Source: the human T2T-CHM13v2.0 reference genome, Homo sapiens. Taken from it: DNA of 64,000 nucleotides. Made by a program: the position numbers and the translations under genes. Positions 30,646 through 48,919 of this stretch are shown here, piece by piece. The notes under the pieces were generated by a model, which worked only from the letters and a program-made list of their open reading frames with translations, was not told where the DNA came from and ran no database searches. Location: assembly GCF_009914755.1 (NCBI RefSeq), contig NC_060946.1. One strand, written 5' to 3'. Each line of letters starts with the position of its first letter. The stretch's first letter is position 1.

Positions 30646-33260
30646 GGTTGGGTATTCCAAAGAAGTCCCATTAATTATGACTTCTCAGGGTGCTTTTGTT
30701 TATAGATCTTTAAGAATTTAAGAGGTGGAGAAGGGGAAGCATGAGAAACTTAAAGAGATGCAAATTGAGCATCTCTTAAAATATAATGGATTTATGTAGG
30801 GGAAACAGATTTGTTGCCAAAAGTTAATTTGCAAACAAGTTATTAGGAACACACTTGATAAAATTAGATGCTGATTAATTGGAGATATACTGTATCCAGA
30901 GATATATTGAAGGATCCAGAGGAAATAAACAGAGAAGGAGAGGGAGTAAGTCGGCTTCTGGCTCATAAAGGGGTCCACTGAAGATGCTTCCCACCATTAT
31001 GGTTGCTCCTAAACCATCTGACTCAGATTTCTAGTGGAGGGTAGGATGGGTGTGTTAGCAATCATTTGAGACCCGGGTTGTGAACCAGGAAGGGTTACTA
31101 TGTATTGTGAAAAGTTCTTGAGATTTGCCGCAGGCCATGAGGAGTGGTAAAGTCAGTTTAAAAATCTGCTGTAGTTCTAGTTAACACGTTCACACCTTCT
31201 TCAGTAAAGTGGAATGCTGTTACCAAAGGAAGTATTCGTGTTTTAGAGGGGGGTGTGGTGAAGGTTCTTACAAGTTTGGAAGAGGTGGAAGAAAATGTTG
31301 TTACAATTGTGTAGAGTAGTGAAGGGCTTTGGTAAATATCCTGTCAAATCATAGAGTAGTATTTTTAGAGTTGCACCCAGCTGTCCATTAGAAGAGCCAG
31401 AGGCCTTGTCTGTTTTGTTCCCTGGTGTCCCCAGTATCCAGCGCAGTTATCCGCATATTCTGTGCCCTCAGATATTTTTTAATTAAGTGAATACTATTGA
31501 TATGGGAAAAAGAACAGTTATGGTGGTTTATAGCAGTGTTAGTTATTAAAAGCTACCTGATATTTTGCAATGGATTAAAGAGCCAATTTTTGATCAAATA
31601 GGGCTCTGGGTAGGAAAGAAAATGAAAATGAAGAGCCAGCTTTCAGTGCTTATTGTTTGGAATTTTTGAGATTCCTTTAAGAAATTGTTTTCTAAAGGCT
31701 GTCATGAACATTATCGAGTCCCCTAGTTTTTGAGTCTTAATGAATCTTAAGTGTTTCAGATGTTAGTTACTTTTTTAAGAGCACAGTAAGTGCAAAGGTA
31801 GTATAGAATAGTGGGAAGTTCTGGATTGACAGACATATATTCTGATTCCATCTGTGTCATTTATTGCTGTTGGGAATGTCACTTAACTTCTCTGGGCGTC
31901 AGTTTTCTCATATATACAATTAAGGGCCTATAGTCTTTGACCTCAAGTAGTTTCTCTAGCCTGATTCTGCAAATTTTTAATCATTTCTAATTATGTTATT
32001 TGGTATTCATCTCATATAGGTAGATGAACTTTTATTATTTAAAAGAAACAAGATTCTGTGTTGGGTTCTGCTTTTAGCTTATGGATTTTAGACATTGTCC
32101 AAAAGTGCTTCCGATGTTGAATGTATGTTGCAAGTGTTATGTAGAAAGAACATGCTTATGCTGTTGTAATTGGCTTAGTGTTGAAATCAAATTGGGTTTT
32201 ACATTGGGAACTTCATAATTTAGTGTGAAGTCATGAGACTTGAGAATGGTTTGGGGGGAGTTTGTGCAATTTATATAGCTAGCTGTTTCTTACCACCTAA
32301 TTCTGTAATTTTCTATGATGAATATATAGATAAATTTATAATCAGTGTAACATTGATTTAAGTTATAAGATGATATCAGATTCATACTGGATTGAACTAG
32401 AACTCCCAGTAACTTTAGAGGCTACCAAATTATTAACATGTCATTGCTATTTTTAATCTTAATTTTGTGATATCAATACTGATATGCTTTCATCTTTGCT
32501 TTTGTATCTAGAAACAATATACCTTTTAAGTTCATATTTGTATCAGATATTAAAAATGAAAATTGTAGCATGAAAGTGGGTAGATAGTAAATCTTGGGTT
32601 CAAGCCTGGGTTGTTATTCTTCATTACCCATGTTGTTTCTGGCAAGCTACATAACCCCCCTGAGCTCCAGTTCCCTCATTAGTGAAAGGAAGAAGAGCAA
32701 CTTTTCTACTTTTCTAACAGACTGTGGATCAAACAATAGTGTATATGAAAAGCATTCTAAAAATGTAAGGGGCTGGTATTAGAATCGTATTGTATTAGAA
32801 TCCTATTTTATGTCTTTGAAGAATTGGCTTGTGGAGCAGTGGTAAACCTAGTCTGTATTGTCAAGTGCAGAATTTACCAATATCACTGATATGGCAACAG
32901 AGAAGGTTTCTGCTTCTGTACTCTGGCTGGAGAAACCTTTCAGCACATGTATCCTGTCTGCCAGTCGGAATAGTCACAATGTTGCAGGGACTTCAGAGGA
33001 ACCTGGGATGTCTCACATTTATGCCAAGGTCTCTACTTGGAATAGACTTGGCTAGATTTCACCCATTTTCTTATGTTGGAGCAGTGGTAGAAGGTGGTAG
33101 GAGCAAGGAGTTCAGCACATTCTGTGTAAAGTTCTAAGGCTGTGTTTTTAAGTAGCAGGTGGCAGTGTCATAGGGTAATGAAATCAATGTACTTATTTAA
33201 AAAAGCATTTTCAGAAAGAGAATATATCAGTACATTGCATAAAGTAAAAGTAAATATAGA

Positions 33261-34253
<993 letters not shown>

Positions 34254-35276
34254 TGATTCTCCCTGCCTCAGCCTCCCCAAGTCGTTAATACTTTTATAAC
34301 TTAGTTGCAGAAGAGAAATATAAATTTATTTAGTTTTCAGAATTATTCATAGATTTATAATCTGGCAAAATATAAGGAAATTATAAGTATATTGATAAAT
34401 CATGACATAACTGGCAAGAATTGGTATAAAGACAAGATGGTTATAACTTGAAATAGGGTTGTTATTTATTCTATGCCTATCATTTTTCCATGAGATAAAC
34501 CAAATATTTAATTGTTTAGACTGATTCCACAAATGACATGGGAAGGCAGAGTGTTTATAAAGAGTTTTGGAAGTGATATAGGACACTATAATTTGGAGTT
34601 TTAACTTAATCTTATTTTAAATTTCAAAATGAAATTATTTCTGGTTATGAAAGCTACGGAACTTTTTTTTTTTTTTTTTTTTTTAGATGGCGTCTCGCTC
34701 TGTCACTCAGGCTGGAATGCAGTGGTGTGATCTCAGCTCACTGCAACCTCAGCCTCCTGGTTCTAGCAATTCTGCTGCCTTAGCCTCCTGAGTAGTTGGG
34801 ATTACAGGTACCTGCCACCACGCCTGGCTAATTTTTGTATTTTTAGTAGAGACAGGGTTTCACCATGTTGGCCAGGCTGGTTTCGAACTCCTGACCTCAG
34901 GTGATCCGCCTGCCTTCGCCTCCCAAAGTGGTGGGATTACAGGCGTGAGCCACTGCACCTGGCCCAGAACAGTTTTAGTGTTTTTTAAAAAAAAAAGTAG
35001 AGATGACCTGTAATCCCATCTGGATGTAATGTTTGGTATTTTTGTTTTTTTTCTTATACATATCTATTGAAATAATTTTAAAAAGAACAACTTTCCCTGT
35101 AAAATTGATATTCCCTTAATGAGCATTTAGTGTTTATAATATGGATGCATCATAGTTTCTAGCAGTTCTGTGTTATTAATGGATATTGTCAATTTTTCTC
35201 TTAAAGCAGTACTGTGATGAACTCGTTTGGACATTGAATTGCATTGAATTGTTCTATTATTTTATTATTTCCTTAG

Positions 35277-35465
<189 letters not shown>

Positions 35466-36676
35466 TAGTAGAGACAGGGTTTCACCATGTTGACCAGGAT
35501 GGCCTCGATCTCCTGACCTCATGATCCACCTGCCTCCGCCTCCCAAAGTGCTGGGATTACAGGCCTGAGCCACTGCACCTGGCCCAGGATAAATTCTTAA
35601 AAGTGGGTTTATTAGCTGGGCGTGGTGGCTCATGCATGTAATCCCAGCACTTTGGGAGGCCAAGGCGGGTGGATCACCTGAGGTCAGCAGTTCAAGACCA
35701 GGCTGGCCAACATGGTAAAACCCCGTCTCTACTAAAAATACAAAAATCAGTCGGGTGTGGTGGCGGGCCTCTGTAATTCCAGCTACTTGGAAGGCTGAGG
35801 CACAGAGAATCACTTGAACCCAGGAGGCAGAGGTTGCAGTGAGCCGAGATTAAGCTGCTGCACTCTAGCCTGGGCCACAGAGTGAGACTCAGTCTCAAAA
35901 GAAAAAAAAAAGTGGGATTATTAGGTCAAACGGTACGTGTGTTTTAAATTTAGATATACTCAAGATGCCCTTTAGATAGGATGTCTATTTCAAATTCCCA
36001 TCAACAGTGTATTAGTATTCAATTCCATATATTCTTGCTAGTGATTTGTCATCTTTAGCTTGTTGGGAGTTTAAAGTAGTTTGAAACAGTTTTCTGTTTC
36101 TTTTTCAGCATCAGGACTTACTTCCATAGCTTAACTCTTCGGAGGGAGCTGATAAAAATGAAAGATCAGTGACAAGGGAGTGGTGTAGACCAGTGGTCTT
36201 CAAACTTTTTGGTTGCTTACCCCATCACTAAAAAATTTTGAGCATTAAGCAGGTGCGGTACATGGTTCTGTGGTCCCATCTACTTAGTTGGCTGAGGCAG
36301 GAGAATGTTTGAGGCCAGGAGTTCAAGGCTAAAGTTCACTGTGATTGTGCTTATGAATATAGCCGCTGTACTCTAGCCTGGACAACATAGCGAGACCATC
36401 TCTTTAGAAAAAAAAAAAAGATGAGATGGGAAGAATGAAGTCAGAAAAAAAAAATTGATAGGACTTCGTGTTGTTGCTTTGAGAAAAGAGAAAAAGAAAA
36501 AATTGAGCATCAATTCTTAATCCTTAGATATTTGATTTACAAATAATATATGTATAGTAACTGATTATTGTGGACTTTATAAAATACGAACAAAAAATCA
36601 ACAAGGATGATAATTAAAAATAAAGTTCAGATATTTTCCTTTTTTACCCTGGGGTGTCTTGGTTACTCCTGGAGGT

Positions 36677-36825
36677 ATGCGTGTGCGTGTGTGTATGTAT
36701 GTATGTGTGTGTGTGTATATATTTAATATATATGTGTATACATTGTATATGTGTATACATAATATATAATATATATGTGTATATATAACATATATATATA
36801 TGTGTATGTATAATATGTATATATT
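36677..36825. repeat. (TG)/(TA) compound microsatellite
   Basis: Seen directly. Confidence 0.9.
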
Positions 36826-37315
36826 TTTTAGACAAGAGTCTTTTTCTGTTACCGAGGCTGGTGTGCAGTGGTGCGATCTTGGCTCACTGCAACCTCTGCC
36901 TCCTGGGTTGAAGTGATTCTTGCGCCTCAGCCACTTGAGTAGTTGGGATTACAGGTGTGTGCCACCATGCCTGGCTAATTTTTGTATTTTTTACTAGAGA
37001 CGGGATTTTGCCATGTTGGCCAGGCTGATCTGGAACTCCTGGCTTCAAGTGAATTGCCTGCCTTGGCCTCCCAAAGTGCTGGTATTACAGGTGTGAGCCA
37101 CCGTGCATATGTTATACTTGCTTTGGATACTACTGCTTTAGACTCTTAAGGTTTAATATTGAGCATTTATAGATGCTTGTTTTTGGGCATTTCACTAGTT
37201 TTGCTGGTCCAGTTTAGTTGGATCATGAATACCTTTAAAATGTCCCATGCTAGGCTGGGCGCGGTGGCTCAGGCCTGTAATCCTAGCACTTTGGGAGGCC
37301 AAGGCAGACGGATCA

Positions 37316-37606
<291 letters not shown>

Positions 37607-39162
37607 TCAATACTTTTTGCATTGTTGAGGTGGCTGAATTTGAAAAGGACAAATAGTAGGATAAGAAGCAATGTAAGTACTCTATTTCTTCTAGATATGA
37701 AGAATTAATATTTTGTAGAACATATTTTAAAAAATTATGTTTTTTGGAAAGCCGTTTGGCTGTAATATGTATCTCCCTGTTTTTTAAGTGTTAGGTCCTA
37801 GAGACTGAGTGAAGGTATGAATAATTGCTACTTGCTCTCCTTTGCTTTCAAAGTACCACAATTAACCTGTCACTAACTCTGTTTGGATTAGCCTGAGCCT
37901 ATAACAAACTTTCCATGATGATTCTTAGATTAAAAGATAATTTTTTTCTTGAGTTAGAATAAGTTGCTTTTGATCTGTGGCTGCCTGCCCCCCAACCCCT
38001 ATAAATTATGACATCGGGAAACAAGGCTTTTTGTATTAGAAAAAAATGGGGAAATTAATTTCAGTTATTTCATGTGGGTCATTGGCAGAGAAAGATAATA
38101 CTAAAATCTTAGAGACTGTGAAAAGAGATTATATTAAGCAACTTGAGTGATTACTTTTTTGCCAGTTAAAAGAAATGAGATAATTTATATTGAAGATGAT
38201 TGCTATATACAGTGCTTTGCACAAAAGGCCACATATCTCTTTTTACCTTAGGTAACATGATGTATAAGCTACTTTCACATATATCTTCTTAGGTCATCAC
38301 AAGGATTTGAGATCATCATTTAATCAGGACTGTTGTGACTTGCTTGAGACCACATGCCTAGTGTTTGACATCATATTTCAAGAGGTAGACTGAAAGTTCT
38401 GCAGAAATAGGGACTGGTGGCTGTTCTCTCCCTTACTCCCTAGCAGTTAATACATTGCCTGGTACAGAGTAAGCTGTCAATATTTGTGGACTATTTAAAC
38501 TCCTGCATATTTATTTACACATGTAAATAAGTTATAGCATTGTAAAACCAACAGGTATATTTTCCGTAGTGAGATTGTTCCTTCATCTTATGTGCACAGA
38601 AAATATTTTCGTGGAAGAGGTCTTGAATTTTAGATCAACCTTTCACATATCCCTTTACTTTCTCTTAAGATACTTTCATGGTGACAAAAAAAATACTCTT
38701 AATGTCATTCCTTTCACTGTGTGTGTAACTCCTGTGGCAAGACTGTATATTTGTATGTATGTATTTGTTTATTTAGTAGGCTGCTATTTATAAAGGAAAC
38801 ATACTCATTAGTTGGTCTTTGCGTACATAATGGTTCCCAAAACATGGACTCCATGGTTTGCTGTGAGTGAATGAAAAAGAGCAGGTATGATTCCCCTCAC
38901 CTTTGTCATTCTCTCCAGTTTCTTGTACATATGGTTGACTTACTCAGCAGTAAGTGTAACTTTACAATGAAGAAAATTAGTCTTCCAAAGAACTAGTATG
39001 CTACTTCCCGCTTGTTCTGCAGTATTTAAAATCCTGTTTGGTAAATGAACTAAGACACTTATATATAGAAGAGACCCTGGATGGCCATGAATGGAAATAT
39101 TAGTAGTGATTAATTTCTGTCTTGGTGGGATAATGTGGCTTTTTTGCTTCTTATTCTTTTAG

Positions 39163-39406
<244 letters not shown>

Positions 39407-39880
39407 TAGAGATGGGATTTCGCCATGTTGGCCAGGCTGGTCTTGAACTCCTGACCGCAGGTGACCCGCCCATCTTGACCTTCCAAAGTGCTGGGATTAC
39501 AGGTGTGAGCCACCACGCTCAGCCAAAAACTGCTATTTTAAAGTCTTTATTTTTCACTGGATGTCTTCTGAAGGTTTATGTCGCACTCACCATTGAGAAA
39601 GTGGGTGGTTAACTGGCTCCAGTTCCTAAGAGGAGTGGCAGCGGTAGGAAGTAGTATGGGAGGAGTGGGGCAGGTAAGCTGATTTGAACTTTATCATTGT
39701 GAACTCCACTATGACTAAAGACATTCTGGGATTTGATCACAATTAAACCCAAGAGGACTGAGCCATCTAGTTTTTTTCTTCTTAATAAGCTGATTGAGAA
39801 TTATAAAAGACACCTTAAGAAAAATCAGTTTCTATGCACTCTGTAAACACAGAACTCAGCCCGAACTCCCAAGTTCTGTA

Positions 39881-39883
<3 letters not shown>

Positions 39884-39915
<32 letters not shown>
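39884..39915. repeat. (TG)n microsatellite
   Basis: Seen directly. Confidence 0.95.
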
Positions 39916-39916
<1 letters not shown>

Positions 39917-40475
39917 GTGGTATGTTTTAAATATCAAATGGAGTTGTGGCAACTCAGATGGGATATGGTTTATATTAATACATCTAATATGAATTGGAAG
40001 ATGCTTAGGCAAACGATTTTTATTATGACAGTATAGGCTTATTGGAGTTTTGGTGTTAATATACAGCTGGGAGTTGAGCCGTTCTAAGTTTATATAGCCA
40101 TCTGGTGATATTTTAGGAAGAGCTGTGTCACATATCCTCTAGAGTTTAAGTGATTAGAGCTTGTTGGCTTTTGCTGTTAGTTTACTGCACACTTGTAGTG
40201 TTTTAAATGCTTCTGTGAATGGATAACATAATTCAAAAAGGTTAGATTTCTGGGTTAAGACATTTGTTATTATCGGCCCTTACTTTATTCTTTTAAAGAG
40301 TAAGATTAGGCTGGATGCAGTGGCTCGTGCCTATAATACCAGCACTTTGGGAGGCCAAGGTGGGCAGGTGAGGTCAGGAGTTTGAGACCAGCCTGGCCAA
40401 CATGGCAAAACCCCATCTCTACTAAAAATACAAAAATTAACGGGGCGCGGTGGTGGGCATCTGTAATCCCAGCTA

Positions 40476-42192
<1,717 letters not shown>

Positions 42193-42245
42193 TAATATAA
42201 TTTTTTTTTAGTTAAAAATTTTATAGTACAGAATAACAGGCTTGT

Positions 42246-42246
<1 letters not shown>

Positions 42247-42296
<50 letters not shown>

Positions 42297-42303
42297 ACAC
42301 ACA
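42247..42303. repeat. (CA)n microsatellite
   Basis: About 27 CA units with one interruption. Confidence 0.97.
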
Positions 42304-43699
42304 AATCCCATATAGAATCTACAAAGCCTGTCTGTCTCTGAATTCCACAACCTTGGCTTATTTTTTTAAAGTAAAATTTAAATATTTAAAAAATTTAGAA
42401 AAATATGGAGAATAAGTTAACAAACACCATGTACTAATTCAGTAGATTTTTTTTCTTTTTCTTTTTCTTTTTTTTCTTTTTTTTTTGAGTTGGAGTCTCG
42501 CTCTGTCGCCAGGCTGGAGTGCAGTGGTGGAATTGGCTCACTGTAACCTCTGCCTCCTGGGTTCAAGCGATTCTCTACCTCAGCTTCCCGAGTAGCTGGG
42601 ACTACAGGTGCACGCCACCATGCCCAGCTAATTTTTGTATTTTTAGTAGAGACAGGGTTTCACCATGTTGGCCAGGATGGTCTTGATCTCTTGACCTTGT
42701 GATTGGCCTGCCTTGGCCTCCCAAAGTGCTGGGATTACAGGCGTAAGCCACCATGTCCAGCCCATTCAGTAGATTTAATAGATGCTGACATCTTGTCAGA
42801 TTTGCTTCAAAGGTGTATTTAAGTATGTTTTTATTTATTTATTTATTTATTTATTTTTGAGACGGGCTCTCACTCTGTTGCCCATACTGATGTGCAGTGG
42901 CACAATCTCTGCTCACTGCACCCTCCATCTCCCAGGTTCAAGTGATTCTTGTGCCTCGGCCTTTTGAGTAGCTGGGATTACAGGAGCTCGTCACCATGCC
43001 AGGCTAATTTTCTTATTTTTAGTAGAGACAGGGTTTCACTATGTTGGCCAGGCTGGTTTTGAACTGGCCTCAAGTGATCTGCCCATCTTGGCCCCCCAAA
43101 GGGCTGGGATTACAGGGGTGAGCCACTGTGCCTGGCCTGTATTTGCTTTTAAAAATTAAAATATGCATACGGTTGGAGTCCCTTTTGTCATCCTCTTAGA
43201 TCGTATTTTCGTATGCAGAAGTTATTTATCTTTTTAGCTCATGCACTTATATTCTTCCTACAAATATCTATATATATTTTATGTAGTATTGGGTTTCAAA
43301 TTTATGTGATATTTTAGTACATACTTTCTATAATTTGAAAAATGACATGTTGATATATGTGTATTATTATTATTATTTTTTGAAACACAATCTTGCTCTG
43401 TCACCCAGGCTGTAGTACAGAGGCACAATCTTGGCTCACTGCAACTTCCGTCTCCCAGGTTCAAGTGATTCTCGAGCCTCAGCCTCTCGAGTAGCTGGGA
43501 TTACAAGTGTGAGCCACTGCACTTGCCTTACTTCATTAATTTTAATAGCTGTATAGTATTCAGTCATATGAATGAATAGTACACAATTTTAGTCCTTTAT
43601 TGATAGTTGTTTTCAACAAATATACAAAGGTAAACTTTTTCCTCAAATTGGGTCAAGCTATATATATTGTTCTAAATTAGCTCTTTTTCTCCCAATAAT

Positions 43700-44260
43700 A
43701 ATAGTGTGCAGGTTTGTTACATGGGTATATTGCATGAGGTTTGGGGTACAATTGATCACATCACCCAGGTGGTAAGCATAGCACCCACTAGATAGTTATA
43801 AGTTTTTTGAGACAGGGTAGGTCTCTGTCCCTCAGGCTGGAGTGCAATGTTGCGATCACTGGTCACGGCAGTTTTGACCGCTCGGGCTCAGTCCATCCTC
43901 CCAGCTTAGCCTCCTGGGTAGCCGAGACTACAGTGTTGGGCCACCATTCCCTGCTAATTTTTGTATTTTTTGTAGAGACTGGGTTTTGTCCTGTTACCCA
44001 GGCTGCCTCGAACTCCTGGACTCAAGCAGTCCACCCACCTCAGCCTCCCAAAGTGCTGGTATTATAGGCGTGAGCCACCGTACCCAGCTCCTAGTAGGTA
44101 GTTTTGAACCTTCACGCCTTCCCATCCTCTCCTCTCTGTTAGTTCCCTGAATCCCATGTTTACTTCCATGTTTACCCAATGTTTAGTTTAGAATGATGAT
44201 CTCCAGCTGCATCATGTTGCTGCAAAGGACATGATTTTATTCTTTTTTATGGCTGCAGCG
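43700..44260 (-). mobile_element. L1PA/PB 3' fragment interrupted by AluJ (43803-44087)
   Basis: GTGCAGGTTTGTTACATGGGTATATTGCATG and GCTGCAAAGGACATGATTTTATTCTTTTTTATGGCTG. Confidence 0.8.
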
Positions 44261-44585
44261 AACCTTTGGGTAAAGAAAATTTACAAAAATTTCTCACATC
44301 TTTTTTTTTTTTTTTTTTAATGAAAGTAAGTAGTAGTAATCCATAGTTCAGATCTACTTTATAAGTGAGTCACTGATAAAGACAGTAGTTACACATTTTA
44401 TAACATTACCTTGATGGGACAAATTTTTCTTGTTTTGTTTTTGTTTTACTTGAGTTAATTTGGATGAGACTTTCTTGAATTACTTACATTTATAGCATTT
44501 ACCTCCAGTGGGGTTGAGATGAGGAGCCTTCAATCCAACAAAGTTGTATACATGCATTCATGGAGATGACACTTAGGCTATTTAA

Positions 44586-44750
<165 letters not shown>

Positions 44751-44977
44751 TGATTTTAATTCCATAGTATATAGTATATGTTATTGTGAGTAGAATATGT
44801 TTATTCTGTAAGTAGCAAATTGACTCCTTCAACAGTTTTAATAGTTTTCTAGTTGTTTTGTCTTTAGTTTCCCAGGCAAATAATGCTGTTGTCTTCAATC
44901 ACAGTATTGATTAGTTCATCCCATTCTTCATATTGATCATTGTTTTTGGATATTAAATAATACTACTGTAATAATTA

Positions 44978-45084
44978 AGAAAGATGGAAAGCCTCACCAA
45001 TTTGCATGTCATTCTTGTGCAGGGACCACGCTAATCTTCTCTGTATTGTTCCAATTTTAGTATATGTGCTGCTGAAGCGAGCAC
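44978..45084 (-). pseudogene. U6 snRNA retropseudogene, full length
   Basis: Reverse complement reads GTGCTCGCTTCAGCAGCACATATACTAAAATTGGAACAATACAGAGAAGATTAGCGTGGTCCCTGCACAAGAATGACATGCAAATTGGTGAGGCTTTCCATCTTT. Several substitutions; no PSE/TATA upstream (flank is an old L1 3' end). Confidence 0.96.
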
Positions 45085-48000
45085 TCCATTTCTGTAAAGC
45101 TTAAAAAATGGACAAAACTAACAGATGGGAATGGAAATCAGAATAATGGTTATCTTTGGTGGTGAGGACAGGGGAGATTGTAGGTATGCTGCTAATGTTC
45201 TGTGTCTTGATCTGGATCTTGATTTCATGGTTGTGTTCAGTTTATGAGAATCATCGAGTAGTAGACTTAGGAAAGGTGCACTTCTTTGTATGTATATTAT
45301 ACCTCAGTTAAAAACTTTTGCCTCGCAAAATTTTAAAGAACGTAATCTGCTGAGTTCGTCGTCTTTTAGCTTTTGATGTAACTTTTCCACTACTTCTCTT
45401 CATATGTGAATACACTTAATGATAAGCCATTTAACCTTTTTATTATGATATAAAACAAACATACAGAAGAGTGCACAAATCAAATGTATAGCTTAATGAA
45501 ATTTTAAAATTATTAAATTGGAGGTTTTTTGGGGTACATTATACCTGTGTCTTTGTTAGGAGGGAAGGAGTTGATGGAGGGCTAAAAATTCTGGAGAGGA
45601 CAAAGTTTTAAGGAATCTCAGAACACCAAAACCTCATCTTGGCTCTGCCTTCACATTATTGTTTCTTTGGGTAAGTCATTTAACTTATTTAGACTTCACT
45701 TTTTTTTGTATAAGTGGTATAATACTTAACGTTTCTTTTGCAAACTGAATTAGGTAGGTGAAATTCACGTAAAATAATAGGAATATAGAGTACTGTTGCT
45801 AAATAGGTCTTTATTTAGGCCATTGAATTTAGGCCACTTACCTTACAGAGCAGAATTGTGGGATACAAAGACTACACAGCTGGTGATTATTGATATCATT
45901 CATTTATATTAGGTTAGTATTGAGGCTTAGTTAACTATGCCAGGCACTACCCTGTGATTTATTATAATACATGTATTAACTCATTTAATAGTCTAGGATT
46001 ATTCCCAGAGGTAGGTAAAATTATCCCAATTTTACTGATGAGACAATTGAGGCAAAATTAAGTTAAATAATTTGCCTAGGTGGGTTGAGTTCTTGAGCCT
46101 GTGCTTTAAAAAAAATTTTTTTTGAGAAAGGGTCTCACTCTGTCACCCAGGGTGGAGTGAGTGGCGTGATCTTGGCTCACTGCAGCCTCTGCCTTCAAGG
46201 CTCAAGTCATACTCCTGCCTCATCCCCCTAAGTAGCTGGGACTACAGGTGTGTGCCACCACACCTGGCTAATTTTTTTGTGTATTTTATAGAGATGGGGT
46301 TTTGCCACTGGACTCAAGTGGTTTGCCTTGGCCTCCCAAAATGCTGGGATTACAGGTGTGAGCCACTGCGTCCGGCCTAAGCCTGTGCTCTTTTTTTGTT
46401 ATACTGCCTAGTTATGTGAAAATACGTAAAGACTTTTAGGCAAATGTTAAGATTTTATAATAATCTGTTAGAGAGTTTTTGAAGTAAAAATTTTGGTATT
46501 TTGAACCAAAATTAGGAGAAGAGTCTCATTTGTTTTGACCATGATGATTCTGGAAAAGATTGATGTTAATATTTATTACTTGGGCTTTATTCCCTTAATT
46601 TTCTCCTAAAATGACTAGGATGTAAGCACTAGGTAGTTTTCTTTAAGAATATATATATATATTTTAATATTAAAGGATTTTGTGACTAATTTACAAATAT
46701 TGTTTAATTTTTAGGCGAAATGTTAATGGAAGGGAGTTTTCAAACTTGGAGGCAGATGAGACCAAAGTTTAGTGTTCTTGCTTCGGTGGTTTAAGCAGCA
46801 TCTATTTGGTCTTGGTATTAGAGCAATAATTAAGACTCTATCATATGTATGGTTGAAAATTATTTTTATTAAGGTATGTTTGAGTATGGTTCTGTGAGGT
46901 TGGGAAACACATGTAGTTTTGCAAGCACCATGATCAAGATACAGAGTAGTTCCTCAAAAAATTTCCTCATGACCCTTTCTATAGTCAGCCCATTTCCTCA
47001 CCTCTAGTCTCTGGCAACCACTGATCTGTTTTTTCTCTGTTGTATTGTCTTTTTTTCAGAATTTCCATGTAAACAAAATCATGCAGTATTTAGCCTTTTT
47101 GTTTTAATTTTTGTTTGTTTGATAGAAATGGGAGGTCTTGTTATATTGCCTATGCTGGCCGCAAGCTCCTGGTCTCAAGGGATCCTCCTGCTTGACTCAG
47201 TATGTGACTTCTTGAGACTGACATCTTTTATTTAACCTAATGTATTTTGAGATTCATCCATGTTTTTATGTATCAGTAATTACTTTCTGTTGTTTAGGAG
47301 CATTCCATTGTATGGATGTACAACAACTTGTGTGTTCATTCCCCAGTTCATTTGGGTTGTTTCCAGTTTTTGGTAATTACAAATAAAAGTGCCATAAAAG
47401 CATTGATGCATGCATACATACACATGTGCCCATGTATTTTTTTTATGGTTTAAAAAAATATGGTGCCTAGAACTTTTATAACTTTATTAGAGAACCTGAA
47501 AAAGCTGGTGATTTTCACAGAACATTATAAATTGCTTGGTAAACTACCCTAAAAAAGCCCACTCTGGAATGAGAAGAATCTGTTTGTATAAATAATCTTA
47601 TAATATAAACTGTAAGTCATTAGAATTTTTTTAAATTAAAGAAGTACACACACATACTTGTTAAATGGGTAAATTTATATATAAAACTCCTTAGTGCATA
47701 ATTTCATATTTTATGTTTTTAGTAGCTTTTAAATTGTCAATCATTGACTTTTTTGTTCCTCTAAGTAGTAGAATGGTTATATAATTGGTTATGAAAGTTT
47801 TTTTTTTTTTTTTTTTGAGACGGAGTCTCGCTCTGTCGCCCAGGCTGGAGTGCAGTGGCGCGATCTCCTGTCTCAGCCTCCTGAGTACCTGGGACTACAG
47901 GCGCCCACCACCACGCCTGGCTAATTTTTTTGTATTTTTAGTAGAGATGGGGTTTCACGATATTGGCCAGGCTGGTCTTGAACTCCTGACCTTGTGATCC

Positions 48001-48802
48001 GCCTGTCTTGGCCTCCCAAAGTGCTGGGATTACAGGCGTGAGTCACCGTGCCTGGCTGGTTATGAAAGTTTATAAGTAAAAAATAACTGGGAAAAATTTT
48101 AGCACTACAGAATTCCTTTTTCTTCTCCTCTCCTCCCCTCTCCTCCCCCAAGATGGCTGGAGGTATTAATATTGATAAGCAGAGTTTCATGTGAATAAGA
48201 CATAAAACTTAGGTTGATTACCTATGTTAATAAATTATCTTCTTTGTTCCTATGTAGTGAGCTTTCTTTTTGCAGCAATCTGAGGCCAAGAGAAATAGAT
48301 GAGACCTTTTTACCTTAGAAAAGAGATTGCAGGCTGGATGTGGTGGCTCACGCCTGGAATCCTAGCACTTTGGGAGGCCGAGGAGGGCAGATCACTTGAG
48401 GTCAGGAGTTCGAGGCCACCGCCTAGGCAACATGGTGAAATCTTGTCTCTACTAAAAACACAAAAATTATCTGGGCGTAATGGCATGTGCCTTGTAATCC
48501 CAGCTACTTGGAGGGTGAGGCATGAGAATCACTTGAACCCAGGAGGCGGAGGCTGTAGTGAGCCAAGATTGTGCCAGTCCACTCCAGCTTGGGTGACAGA
48601 ATGAGACTCCATCTCAAAAAAATAAAATAAAAATAAAAAAGAAAAGAGTTTGCAGGCCATTTTTGCAAGTTAATTTTTTGAGGTTCCAGTTCCAACCCTG
48701 AGTCAGACTACAGAGGCCATAGGTGGTTTGACGTTTCAGAGAATAGCAGTGTTTTTGATTTTCTTTTTTTCTTTTTCTTTCTTTTTTTTTTTTTTTTTTT
48801 GA

Positions 48803-48919
<117 letters not shown>

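Noticed and set aside
36090-36260. Strong acceptor TTTCTTTTTCAG at 36108
   Set aside because: No good donor at exon distance.
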